Shown: piece after piece, positions 36,751 to 48,491 of the stretch
Layout of the letters: each line of letters begins with the position of its first letter
Position numbering within the stretch: the first letter of the stretch is position 1
From: Mesotaenium endlicherianum
Taxonomy: Eukaryota
Assembly (NCBI GenBank): GCA_009602735.1
Contig: WELA01003054.1
Span: forward strand, 302,555 to 366,554
Length of the DNA stretch: 64,000 bases
Direction: 5' to 3'
Notes under the pieces: model-generated
Told to the model about the DNA's origin: nothing
Databases searched by the model: none
Seen by the model: the letters and a program-made list of their open reading frames with translations, nothing else
Made by a program: the position numbers and the translations under genes

Positions 36751-37017
36751 CCTGCACATGTAACCAGGGCACAAGTTAGTAGGATATGGACCTTTGTCAT
36801 AGGGATTGCAGGAAGTATGTTAGTATTTAGTATAGTGGCTTCGCTGCTGTTTACCTTACAGGATGATTGCTAAAAGTTGACGTAGTTGCGATGCGCTACA
36901 CATAAACGTATGAGTGTGTTTTTATCGCTCTCGCTCACTAACTGTCATATATTTTCCCCTCCAACTTAAATGGAGACAGGACCGCCTGTCACCTTCCCGT
37001 GTCAACTGAAATGACAG

Positions 37018-40000
37018 TTATGGAGGGACTCCAGCGGCCCGAAGGTGGAACCGTGTCAACGCCCCTTTGGCATTGGTCAAGTGGTCCTTAAACTCCCAAG
37101 TGTCCCCAGAGGCATCGTAACCCTTCCATCGAATGAGGTATTTCATGACATATTTAGACGATCGACGGACCGAGCGAGCGTCTAAAATCTCATCGACCTC
37201 ATATTCCTCAGGGTCGCCGTCCCGGACAGCGGGGACCGGTCCCGGTTGGACAGGGAACCGACCTGTGAACAGTGTATCACCTTTGATGTACGGTTCCAGG
37301 AAGGAGACATTAAAGACCGGGTGCCCCTTGTATTCAGCTGACATGTTCAGTTTGTAAGCATTCTGACCGACACGACGGACCACCGCATATGGACCGACCC
37401 AGACAGGGCCAAGTTTTTTCTTGAGCACACCAGGGAGGTACAGGTGCTGAGAATGCAGTTTGACTAAATCCCCCTTGGAAAATGTCAGTTCCCGACGGTG
37501 TTGATTAGCGTATTTTTGTTGGTTTTCTTGGGCCGTGTGCAAGTTTCGTTGGACTTCTGACAGGGTGTCAGCAAACTCCTGAGTTAACTGGAGGGAGACC
37601 GGGTTGTCAATCCCTTCAGGGTGAGTTAAAGATTCCCCTAGCACATCTAAAGGAGACTTAGGGACTCTACCCAGGCTGAGTTCAAAAGGAGTCTTGCCCG
37701 TTGACGCGTGCACCGCACTGTTGACCGCAAACTGAATTTGAGGCAACAGGTCATCCCAATTATCTTGTTTTTGGTTAATATATGCTCTCAACACCTCCTG
37801 CAGAACTCGGTTAGTTCTTTCAGTCTGCCCATCGGTCTGAGGGTGGTTTGCTGTGCTGAGCAGCTGTTTGACTCCCATTAACCCCATTAAAGCTCTCCAG
37901 AACTTAGAGGTGAATTTTGAGTCTCTGTCTGAGATGATATTAGAAGGGAGCCCATGTTGGCATACTACATGGTTGTAAAACTGTCTCGCTGTTTCGAGTG
38001 CAGTCACTTTGACAGTTGTGGGGATAAAAATGACCATTTTTGTCAGTTTATCCACGACTACCAGTATTGAATCATGCCCGTTGGCAGTTCTTGGTAGTGA
38101 GACCACCCAGTCCATGGATATAGTTTCCCAGCGTCCCGCTGGGATGGGTAGCGGTTGCAAGAGACCTCCGGGTGGTGTGTGCCGAGATTTATTTCTCTGA
38201 CACTGGTCACAGGACTTGACATATTTCAATACCTCCCGGGGTAACCCCTTCCAATGATAATGTTTTGCCAATTTGCCAACAGTTTTGGCCTGCCCCAAAT
38301 GTCCACCCAGGAGACTGTCATGAGCTTGACTCAGTAAGAGAGACCTTATTTCCAAATTATTAGGAATGACCAGCTTCAGCCTGCCTGAAGTGGTTTCAGA
38401 CACCCAGACCCCCCCCTTGAGCTTATACCCGAGTGCAGTAGCACAATACATACCAGTAGTGGGGCTGGGCTCAAATGTTGGGTCAGAAAAGTAGGCTTTC
38501 CTAAGTTGTTCAAGGAAGGACTTTTTCACCTTTAGTGAAGTGAGTGCACACAGGACTTTATCTACAGTATGCTGACTAAAGTTCCTTTCTTGCAAGTCAG
38601 GTCTTCTAGAGAGTGCATCAGCAGGATTCAACTTCCCTGGTTTGTAGTCGATCTGGACTTGGAACTGCTCCAGCATCTGGCTCCAGCGGTTCTCCCTCCT
38701 CGACAGCTTGGACTTCTTCTGAAAGTGGGTCAGAGCTAGATGATCTGTAATCACCTTAAAAGCTTTACCATGTAAGTATGCTCTCCACTGTTTGAGTACA
38801 TGAATGATAGCTAGCAGCTCTTTATCATGCACTGAGTAATTAATCTCCGCTGGATTAAATTTCATAGACTCATACAACACAGGATGCCACTCCTGCCGTA
38901 CCTTACCATCCTTTGTGGTTTTGTCAGCAGGCTGCAACAAAATAGCACCCATGGCAAAATCAGAGGCATCAGTAACCACCTGCACCGGTTTGCTGGGGTC
39001 ATACACGGCTAGCACTGGGGCAGAACAAAGGGCATCTTTAAGGGTCTGGAAGGCAGCCTGCTGCTCTTCCCCCCACACATACCCGATGTCTTTCTTAGTA
39101 AGGTCAGTCAGTTTACTGGCCTTTGTGGAATAATTCTCAATAAATCTCCTATAGTAGTTAGCCAACCCGAGGAAGGATCTAACTTCAGAGACAGACTGTG
39201 GTACTGGCCAGTCCCTTATGGTCTGGACTTTCTTAGGATCCACACTGATGCCCTCTTTACTGACAACGTGGCCTAAGAATTCAATACTTTCCTTAAAGAA
39301 ATCACACTTGCTCATTTTAGCATACAAGTGATTTTTCCGCAGAGTGTCCAGCACTTTCTTTAAGTGTTCAGTGTGCTGAGCTTCATCTTTAGAGAAAATT
39401 AAAATATCATCCAGGAAAACTTGCACAAACTTATCCAAATAAGGTCTGAAAATGTCATTCATAGCACCCATAAAGGTAGCAGGAGCATTAGTCAGTCCAA
39501 ATGGCATCACGTTGAACTCATAGTGTCCATAACGTGTGCGGAAAGCAGTCTTGTGTTCATCCCCCTCAGCAATTCTGATTTGATGATAACCACTCTTGAG
39601 ATCTATCTTACTGAACACCTTAGCGCCAGACAGGGTATCAAGCAAGTCCTCGATTCTGGGTAAAGCATACTTGTTCTTTACTGTAATTTTGTTCAGGGCT
39701 CTGTAATCCACACACATCCGCATGCTGCCATCCTTATTCTTAACAAATAAGGGTAGGTGCGCCGTAAGGTGATTTACTGGGGGAAATGTAACCATTTTCC
39801 TCAAGCTCTGCAATCTGTGTTTTCAATTCCTCGCTCTCCACATAAGACAAGCCATGAGTGCGTTGCCAGGGTGGCTAACTCCCAGGTAATAAATCAATCC
39901 TATGATCCACTTCCCTCTTAGGGGGTAGTCCTGGAGGCATATTAAATACATCCGTGTACTGAGCAACAATGTTTGCAGCAGTAGGGTGCTCCGGAGGGTG

Positions 40001-40828
40001 TACCTTTTTCTCAACCACTTCTTCAGGTTGAGGAGGTACCTCTCTTTGCAGCAGACAGAAAATTCTGTCTTCCTTCTGGTTCCAGCTTTTGACGAACTCC
40101 ATTGCATTCAGCAACTTGCATCCTTCTGGAAGCCTCTTCTTTTCCTTCATTTGCCATCCACACAGGACAAGAGGAAGAGCACTGGTGGGTGCCAAGTCAG
40201 TCTGCCCATCACTGGCTCCTCTCACTTTAACTGTACCTCTGCTCCAACACACTTCAGCTTGATGTCTATTAAGCCAGGACCTGCCTAGCACGAGATCATA
40301 AAAGCCAGTGTTGAGTACCTCAAATGTAAGCGTTTCAGTTAGAACTGCAATGCCAGAACCTAACTGGACCTCAATAGGCTTGGTTATAACTCCTCCCGGG
40401 ATACTTGAGGCATCTCCAAGGAATATTTTTCTATTCCCTTGGGTGACAGTAGGCAGCCTTAGCCGCTTAACTAAGTCCTTGTGGATAAAAGTATGTGACG
40501 CCCCTCCGTCAACAAATGCCCTCACCTTCCTACCTGCAATCATGCAATGCAGTAGGATAGGGGGGACTGTCTTTTCCTGACTTTCGCATTGTTCTCCTGA
40601 CGTAGCAAAGAAATGTTGGACATCAGGTGGAACAAGAGCATCCAGAGTGTGCACTCTCTGGACGTCTATATTGCTGATGGTCTCCTTTATCTGGTTGTCA
40701 GGCATGCATAGTGAATCCAGTTCAGCAGGACCCATAATACCTGCTACGAGGGCAGCTAGTGACGACTCACTATCTCTAGCATCCTCACAGTCAGTAGACT
40801 GGATTACTGACTGTTGCTGTCTTTTAAA
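37018..40828 (-). pseudogene. pol: A1 pol (protease, RT, RNase H, integrase, chromodomain) with a premature stop and a 1-bp frameshift
   Basis: Protease [23 protein letters not shown]; RNase [15 protein letters not shown] integrase plus GPY; chromodomain [11 protein letters not shown]...[16 protein letters not shown]. In-frame TAG at 39875-39877 (PGS*PPWQR). Extra base near 39751 ([12 protein letters not shown]). Confidence 0.92.
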
Positions 40829-42282
40829 GGCTGGTCTTTTCTCTCGACCTTAGGCAGGTGCTTGACCGGACACTGTTCTCTGTAGTGGCCTTTCTGCTGA
40901 CAATGGTAGCAAGTAGATTTTGCTGAGGCTGGTCTCGGCTTAGTCCTACCACCACCCCTTCCATAGCCACCTCGAGAGGGACCACCTCTACCTCTAGACT
41001 GAATAGCATTGTACTCATACTCATATTCATCACCCTGATTATCCTCAGCCTGGTCTCCTTCAACTGCATTGTAGGAACCGTGGGGCTTTTTGACAATCTT
41101 AGACACCAAAGCGTTACTCTGGCGCTTGTGATTGAACTGCTGCTGATCCCAGGCGTCAGCATCCTGGATCAAGTCAGCCAGTTTCTCATACTTTTTCTCA
41201 GCAAAATGACCAGAGACCTCGGATTTCAAGCCATACCTGAAGTATGCTATCCTATACCGTTCTGGCAAATCAGGCTGCTTCATCATGTTCTCTTGGAACT
41301 TTTGAGCAAACTCAGCAACTGAAGTGGTCTGCTTCAGTGTCAGGGAGATCATCGCATAGATAGCTTTCTCCTGCTGGTTGATGACATCAAACTTCTCATG
41401 CAACTTCTCGACAAACTCTACCCACGTAGGGTCACCGAGTTGCCGAGCCTTACGCTCTTCCTTCCAGTAAAGCCACCAGTCTGCGGCACTGCCTTTCAGT
41501 AGCGCACCGGTGTGCCTGACCTTCTCGTAATCTTGCAGTTCTGGGTAGTTCTCCAGCCACTGCTCAACATCCGCGAGAAACTTGATCAGGTAATATTTTC
41601 TGTTTCCCTCAGGATCATAGTCCTGGGGAGGTTTCGGCTTGGGCTTACTAGGCCCTCGGCCACCACCACTAGTGGTGTGAGACCCCAGTTGGTCTCTGTC
41701 CCGGAGTAGGGACATTATGATTCTTTTGTCCTCCTGCTGGGACTGATACATGGTCGCCATTTGCGACTGCATCTGAACGAACAATGCTCCCAAGTCTACA
41801 TTTTGGGGTGGTAGATTAGCAAATGCAGCAGCAGCATTGGCATCTACTCGCTGAGTAGTGTCCTCAACAATCCCTCTTGCTCCTGCAGCAGCAATTCCTG
41901 CCGCATTCAGCCGGTCACGTATTTGACCTAGGGGTACATTGAGTTGTACGGCAGGAGGTGGGTTCAGAACATTGGCCCTTGATGCCATAAGTTCTTCAAC
42001 AGTGCGCTCGTCAGCTGGCTGTCCTTCCCTCCTTTGTATATCTTCAGCGGCCTTTGCTACTTGTTCAGCTTCTAGTCTGGCTATCTCCTCCTCAGCTTGC
42101 TGAGCTGCGACTGAGGCAATAGCAGCTGCCTCATCTGCAGCCTCCCTAGCTGCAGTATCCGCTACTGCTTCCGAATAGGTACGGTTTCCCGCTACATGGC
42201 TTTCCGCCTGGTTTTCGACATTCTCGTTATCCTGGTTCTCCATGTCTCGGGAGTTGCTAGTTTGAGACCTTGTCCTTACCAT
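40804..42282 (-). CDS. gag: A1 Gag (492 aa) with CCHC zinc knuckle and RGG tract
   Basis: LLKGSAADWW capsid motif; CYHCQQKGHYREQC; starts just after the PBS. Confidence 0.9.
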   Translation of the reverse strand: MVRTRSQTSNSRDMENQDNENVENQAESHVAGNRTYSEAVADTAAREAADEAAAIASVAAQQAEEEIARLEAEQVAKAAEDIQRREGQPADERTVEELMASRANVLNPPPAVQLNVPLGQIRDRLNAAGIAAAGARGIVEDTTQRVDANAAAAFANLPPQNVDLGALFVQMQSQMATMYQSQQEDKRIIMSLLRDRDQLGSHTTSGGGRGPSKPKPKPPQDYDPEGNRKYYLIKFLADVEQWLENYPELQDYEKVRHTGALLKGSAADWWLYWKEERKARQLGDPTWVEFVEKLHEKFDVINQQEKAIYAMISLTLKQTTSVAEFAQKFQENMMKQPDLPERYRIAYFRYGLKSEVSGHFAEKKYEKLADLIQDADAWDQQQFNHKRQSNALVSKIVKKPHGSYNAVEGDQAEDNQGDEYEYEYNAIQSRGRGGPSRGGYGRGGGRTKPRPASAKSTCYHCQQKGHYREQCPVKHLPKVERKDQPLKDSNSQ

Positions 42283-45200
42283 ACAAAGAAGACTGTGATA
42301 ACTGCTCCGATACCACTGAAATGAATCGACTTACCAAATAGGCGATTAACAATTAATAAAGATCTTTATATCAGCAAGTAATCTTTATGGTATTTCCGTT
42401 AACTAGTTAAACGGCAAAGGACAATACACTAGCAGGGAATAATACTCGTAAGTCAAATGCGAGTAAACTAGCATCAATGATGCAAATCAGTAAACTCATA
42501 CATAAGCAAGGTTAGAAGACAGTGCGTATCAATGGCTTCTCGCCTTGGATTCAGATCTCTCTCAGTAAGCTGTACAAGAGAGTTGGCCTCGTGTCCGAAT
42601 GCCTAACTCGAGAGCAATGCCTAGCGTATGTCCATGGAATGAGTTTACTGTTCAACGGTTAGTGCGATGGCACCGCCTACCCGGGAGTTAACCACGTTGG
42701 TAGGACCTCGGTTAACCAAATCCACCGCCATCTCCCATCATCCCGAATAGCCATCCATCATAGGGATGTCATCTGGCTATTCATCTAGCATATCGCACTT
42801 AGATGCATATCAAGGCAGTTCGCTGCTACTGAGTACGGAAGTCAGCTTGCTGTCAAAGAATGTGTCAGCAAGCTGACTTATATGGACTTTCAGCCTGCTG
42901 CTTTCGACTGAGTCAGCAAACTGATAATTATGTAAAGTCCAGCAGACTGACTAAAGTTCAGCAGGCTGAACTTAATTAACTATTATATTTAAATGAATAT
43001 TATATCCACTAATATATTGATTCATTACAACCCTCTTGGAGGACAATCTGGAATCCTAAAGACCACGAACGTTCTAGCCAGGACTTATTGTTGGCCACGC
43101 ATGTCTAAGCAAGTCAAGGAGTACCGCAGGAGCTGTGACACACGCCAAAGAATCAAGCCATCATCGCAAAAGGCGGGAGGACTCCTCCAACCACTATGAA
43201 TCCCCGAAAGACAATGGACGGACATCTCAATGGACCTTATCGTGGACCTGCCCGTGACACCTCGAGGCTATAATGCAATACTCACGGTGGTGGACAGACT
43301 TACCAAGATGGCTCATTTTATTCCCACGACCACAAAGGCTACAGCACCACAACTTGCAAGACTCATCTTTGACAACATCTTCCGACTCCATGGACTACCA
43401 TCAAGAATTGTGTCGGATAGAGATCCAAGATTCACAAGCCACTTTTGGAAAAATCTCTTCAAGAACTTGGGTACATCGCTGGATATGTCCACTGCCTACC
43501 ACCCGCAATCAGATGGGCAAACCGAGCGTATGAATTGTACCCTAAAGACCTCCCTAAAGGCCTAAATGTCTACTCTGGAGCACGATTGGGACATGTACTT
43601 GACCCCCCTGGAGTTTGCCTACAACAACACGACGCAGGCCTCTACCCAAGAGTCCCCATTCTTCCTCAACTATGGCTTCCATCCAACCACGCCGCTGAGC
43701 TTCACGGCTGGCCATGATGAAGTACCTGCAGCAACAAATTCAATGGAGACATTAGAAGCGGCCCTTACAGCAGCGAAACAACAGGCGCAAGATGCTCGAG
43801 CAAAAGTCGCAAACAGGTCCAGAAGAGAAATTACGTACAGAGTGGGTGACAACGTGTTACTATCATCCAAGAATATTTCTCTAAACAATAGGCTTGCCGG
43901 CAGCAAGTTCTCTCCCAAGTATTTGGGACCCTCAAGATTATCCAGCAAGTCAACCCCGTTGCTTTCAAGCTAGAACTTCCCCAGACTATGCACATCGATC
44001 CCGTATTCCACGCTTCCCTCTTCAAGCCATATGTGCAACCCGACAACAAGTTCCCAGGACGTGTGACAACCCCACCAGCCCCAACAATAGTGGATGATCA
44101 TTTGGAGTACGAAGTGGAAGACATAGTGGCTATGAGAAATTTCAGGAGACAGCAGCAATACTTGATCAAGTGGAAAGGATATCCAGATTCGGAGAATAGT
44201 TGGGTGGCGGCGCACTACCTTGACAAAGTTCAGAGAAAGCTGAAACGCTTCCATGCCGCCAACCCCCATCTTGGACCAGCCCCAAGTCACTCTACTAGAA
44301 GCCCAAAGCCTTCAGGGGGGGCAGCCTGCCACCATCAAGAAGCAGCAGAAGAACCCTTGGAGGCAGCCTGCAAGAACAAGGAAGAGGAAAAATTGACATT
44401 AGACACTCTTCTCTTCTCGCAGTTTCGGGACAGAAAACTAAAACTGCTACTGGTGACAGGTCTCTGCATAATAAATTTTGAAAACTTACCTGGCTGTAGT
44501 CCATGAGTAGCCGGTCATTTAGAGTCCAAGTTTGCTCAATTTGGAGCACTGGCGAGAGAGATATGATGCTCTAAGTAGCAGGGGGTCAGGCTNCAGGGGG
44601 TCAGGCTGCTGGCATTATTAGGGCAGAATATGCCTTCTGACATTGTGCCCTCCCCTGAACTTGAAATGCTCTGAAACTCAAGGCTCTGGTAGAATATCTT
44701 ACAGCGCCCATTTTGAGACTTACTTTGCAGAATTTGGAGAAGTAGAGAAGGACTCATGATTTTCAGAAGTTTCTGCACAGATTTGGAGTGCCTACTCTCT
44801 TAGCTCTCAACGACACACCAGAAATCAGAATGCTCTCAAATTTGGTGAACCGGTAGAGTTTTTTGACGCGGTCTGTCTGGCACTCAGATTTGGAGCAGTT
44901 CTGTGGACGCTATGAATTTTTGAATTTGTGGCAGATTCTGGGCCAACTTGTACAATTTTCTTTATCATCAAGGAGTAGGCTACCCAATAAGGTCACACCA
45001 CCCACGACCTTGCCTAGTCTACCTTACTAGCACCTGACTTGGCGCCTTTGGCTAATCCTCTTCACATGTGTGGCATCTGACTTGAAGCTGATGACTAGTC
45101 TACTCCACATGTGTCAGACCTGACTTCACGCGCCGAGACGTCGCTTTTTCTGTCAGGGGGTGATGTAGTGATTTGAGTTATAATATATTAGTTGGCATAT

Positions 45201-45665
45201 ATTTTAATGCATTTGAATATATTTGGAGTAGTATTGTGTGGAGTCAAGTGTGAATAGATACTCTAGTAACTTGGTTCATGTCCTTTGAACCTTCTAAGGC
45301 ATCTCGGAAGTTAGAGGAAGGAACTAGAAGAACTCCATGTGGCAAAAGTCAAATGTGCCATTTTTAGGTCAAAAGGACATGTGTACATTATTCTAGAAAG
45401 AGGTGGCAAGTTTTGGGATGTGTTGGGTGCCAACACATCAACATACACCTTCCTAGAAATTACTTATGTAGCAAGTATATAAACAAGAGCTAGAACATAG
45501 AAAGACATTCCAGAATCACACTTGTACGTGCCATATTCAGAAATACATTAACTTTCAAAAAGTCATCTCTCTTTCAAGAGGCTACCACTTGTGTTCAAAG
45601 ATCCTTGTCTTGAATAGATAAAGTATTCAATTTTACCACGTACTTTATCTCTCTATTTCACTACA

Positions 45666-47631
45666 GCATAGCATTATACTCAGACTCATACTCATCCCTC
45701 TGATCGTCCTCGGCCTGATCTCCTTCAATTGCATTGTAGGTATCATGTGGCCTTTTGACAATCTTAGACCAAAACATTACTATAACGCTTGTGATTGAAC
45801 CGCTGCTGATCCCAGGCATCAGTATCCTGGCTCAAGTCAGCCGATTTGTCATATTTCTTTTCGGACTTCAAGCCATACTTGAAGTATGCTAGCCTATACC
45901 GCTCCGACAATTCCGGCTGCTTCATCATGTTTTCCTGGAACTTTTGAGCAAACTCAGCAACTGAAGTAGTTTGCTTCAATGTCAAGGAGATTGTCGCATA
46001 GATAGCTTTCTCTTGCTAATTGATAACATCAAACTTCTCATGCAGCTTCTCGACAAACTCTACCCAAGTGGGGTCACCGAGTTGTTGAGCCTTACGCTCT
46101 CCTTTCCTATACAGCCAGCAGTCTGCTGCACTGCCTTTCTGTAGAGCACCAGTGTGCCAAACTTTCTCGTAGTCGTGCAATTCTGGGTAGTTCTCCAGCC
46201 ATTGCTCAACATCAGCGAGAAACTTGATCAGGTAGTTCTTTTTGTTTCCCTCAAGGTCATAGTCCTGAGGAGGTTTTGGCTTAGGCTTACTCGACCCTTT
46301 GCCACCACCACCAGTGGTTTGAGAACCCAGTTGGTCTCTGTCACGCAGCAATGCCATCATGATCCTTTTGTCCTCCTATTGGGATTGATACGTGCTCGTC
46401 ATTTGCGATTGCATTTGCACAAGTAATGCTCCCAGATCTACATTCTGAGGTGGTAGCCCAACAAACGCAGCAGCAGCAACATTAGCTCAATTAGTAGCAG
46501 CTTCGGCATTCCCGATTGCTGTCGCTCCGGCTATGCCTGTTGCACTCAGTTGTCTGCAAATTTGAGGGAGAGGTATGATAGTAGGCACATCAAGAGGTTG
46601 GTTTCGAAGATTGGCCCTCTCAGCCATCTGCTCTTCCACCGTCCTTTCCTCAGGGGCCCTCCTGTTTACTGCCTCTTCTATCTCCTTGGCTAAACGCTCA
46701 TCCTCAGCAAGCTGAGCTGCTACCGCAGGAAGAGTTGCTGCCTCCTCTGCAGCTTCTCTGGCTCCTGCATCATACAGCGTTTCTAAGTAGGTACGGGGTC
46801 CTCAGACGCCGCTTTCGTCTTGCCCTTCCGCAATGTTATCATAGTCCTCACCCTCCATTTCACAAGAGTTGCAAGCTTGAGACCTAGTCCTTACCATACA
46901 AGACGACTGTGATAACCAGCTCCGATACTATTGAAATGAATCGACTTACCAATAGGCGATTAACAATAAATAAAAGATCTTTATATCAGCAAGTAAATCT
47001 TAATGGTATTTTCTGTTAACAGCAAAAGATAATATATCAGCAGTGGACAACACTCCCTAGTCAAATGCTAGTAAACGAGCATCAACTATGCCATCAGTAA
47101 ACTCATACATAAGCAAGGTTAGAAGACAGTTCGCATTAATGGCTTCTCGCCTTGGATTCAGATATCTCTCAGTACGCGGTACAAGAAAGTTGGCCTCGTT
47201 GTTGAATGCCGAACTCGAGGACAAGACCTAGCATATGTACATGAAATGAGTTTACTGTTCAACGGCAAGTGCGATGGCACCACCTACCTGGGAGTTAACC
47301 TCGTCGGTAGGACCTCGGCTAAACAAATCCACAGCCATCTCCCATCATCCCGAATTGCCATCTACCTCAAGGGTGTCATCTGGCCATTCATCTAACACAC
47401 CACACTTAGATGCATAACTAGGCAGTTCGCTGCTACCGAGTACGGCGATCAGCTGACTGTCAAAGAATGTGTCAGGATGCTGACCTTAGTCAGCAAGCTG
47501 ACCTAAGTTGACTTCAGCCTGCTGCTCCCGGCTGAGTCATTAAACTAAGTATAAGAATCCAGCAAACTGAACTAATTTAATTATTGTATTTGAATGAATT
47601 TTATATTTACTCAATATATTGATTCATTACG
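45666..47631 (-). mobile_element. Older family A copy A3: 5' LTR (46932-47631), PBS and degraded gag; interrupted by B2
   Basis: gag fragments (KPKPKPPQDYD, TLKQTTSVAEFAQKFQ) with stops. Diverged LTR ending GATTCATTACG. The B2 LTR sits inside gag at 45665/45666. Confidence 0.85.
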
Positions 47632-48491
47632 TACGTTCATCAGTTTCCCAAGTTCATGCAATTTATATGGACAATCAGAAGATTAGGGATTGCAAGCTTT
47701 CAACAGCCTGAAATGCGTTCACCCGCACGGCCATAATGGCACAACAATTTCGTCCTCATTCCTAGCAAACGCGTAAGGTGTGGCGTAGAATTGAGTCCTA
47801 TTGTAGTGATTTGAGTTATTATATATTAGTTTGCATATATTTTAATGTTTTCAAATATATTTGGAGTAGTATTGTGTGGAGTCAAGTGTGAATAGGTACT
47901 CTAGTAACTTGGTTCATGTCCTTTGAACCTTCTAAGGCATTTTCGAAGTTAGAGGAAAGACCTAGAAGAACTCCATGGGGTAAAAGTCAAATGTGCCATT
48001 TTTAGGTCAAAAGAACATGTGTACATTATTCTAGAAAGAGGTGGCAAGTTTTGGGATGTGTTGGATGCCAACACATCAACATACACTTTCCTAGAAATTA
48101 CTTATGTAGCAAGTATATAAACAAGAGCTAGAACATAGAAAGACATTCGAGAATCACTCTTGTGCTTGCCAAACTCTAGAAATATATTAACTTTCAAGAA
48201 GCCATCTCTCTTTCAAGAAGCTACCACTTGTGTTCAAAAATCCTTGTCTTGAATAGATAAAGTATTCTGTTTTACTAAGTACTTTATCTATCTGTTTCAC
48301 TACAGTGGTATCGGAGCTAGGCACTTTGGTAGCACAAGAAGATGGCCGATCCTCAAGACCAGCAGCAAGCTTTCGAAGGAAGCCCTTCCCTTCCAAGACA
48401 CCCTCCTCCAGCGTCGATGGGAGAGCCCACTCAAGAAAATCTGCAATAACAAGAAGCACCACAAGGAGGAGTACACCCTCCTCCAGCGCCG

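Larger units (their letters stand above)
34240..43029 (-). mobile_element. Full-length family A Ty3/Gypsy chromovirus (A1), 8790 bp, with an extra ORF
   Basis: 5' LTR 42317-43029 and 3' LTR 34240-34960, TG...CA ends. TSD ACCCT at 34235-34239 and 43030-43034. tRNA-iMet-type PBS 42304-42315. PPT at 34961-34975. Order gag, PR-RT-RH-INT-chromo, ORF3. Confidence 0.95.
33862..45665 (+). mobile_element. Family B copy B2 (3' half): degraded pol 33862-34239 + 43030-~44390, 3' UTR, PPT and 3' LTR 45164-45665; interrupted by A1
   Basis: Near-identical to B1 pol (51461 onward) but with stops and frameshifts. Reads ...[10 protein letters not shown] across the A1 insertion. PPT-like AGGGGGTGA precedes LTR TGTAGTGA...TCACTACA. 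Confidence 0.88.

Noticed and set aside
35074..36774. Calling ORF3 an envelope gene
   Set aside because: No signal peptide, no evident transmembrane segment or fusion peptide; only its position is env-like
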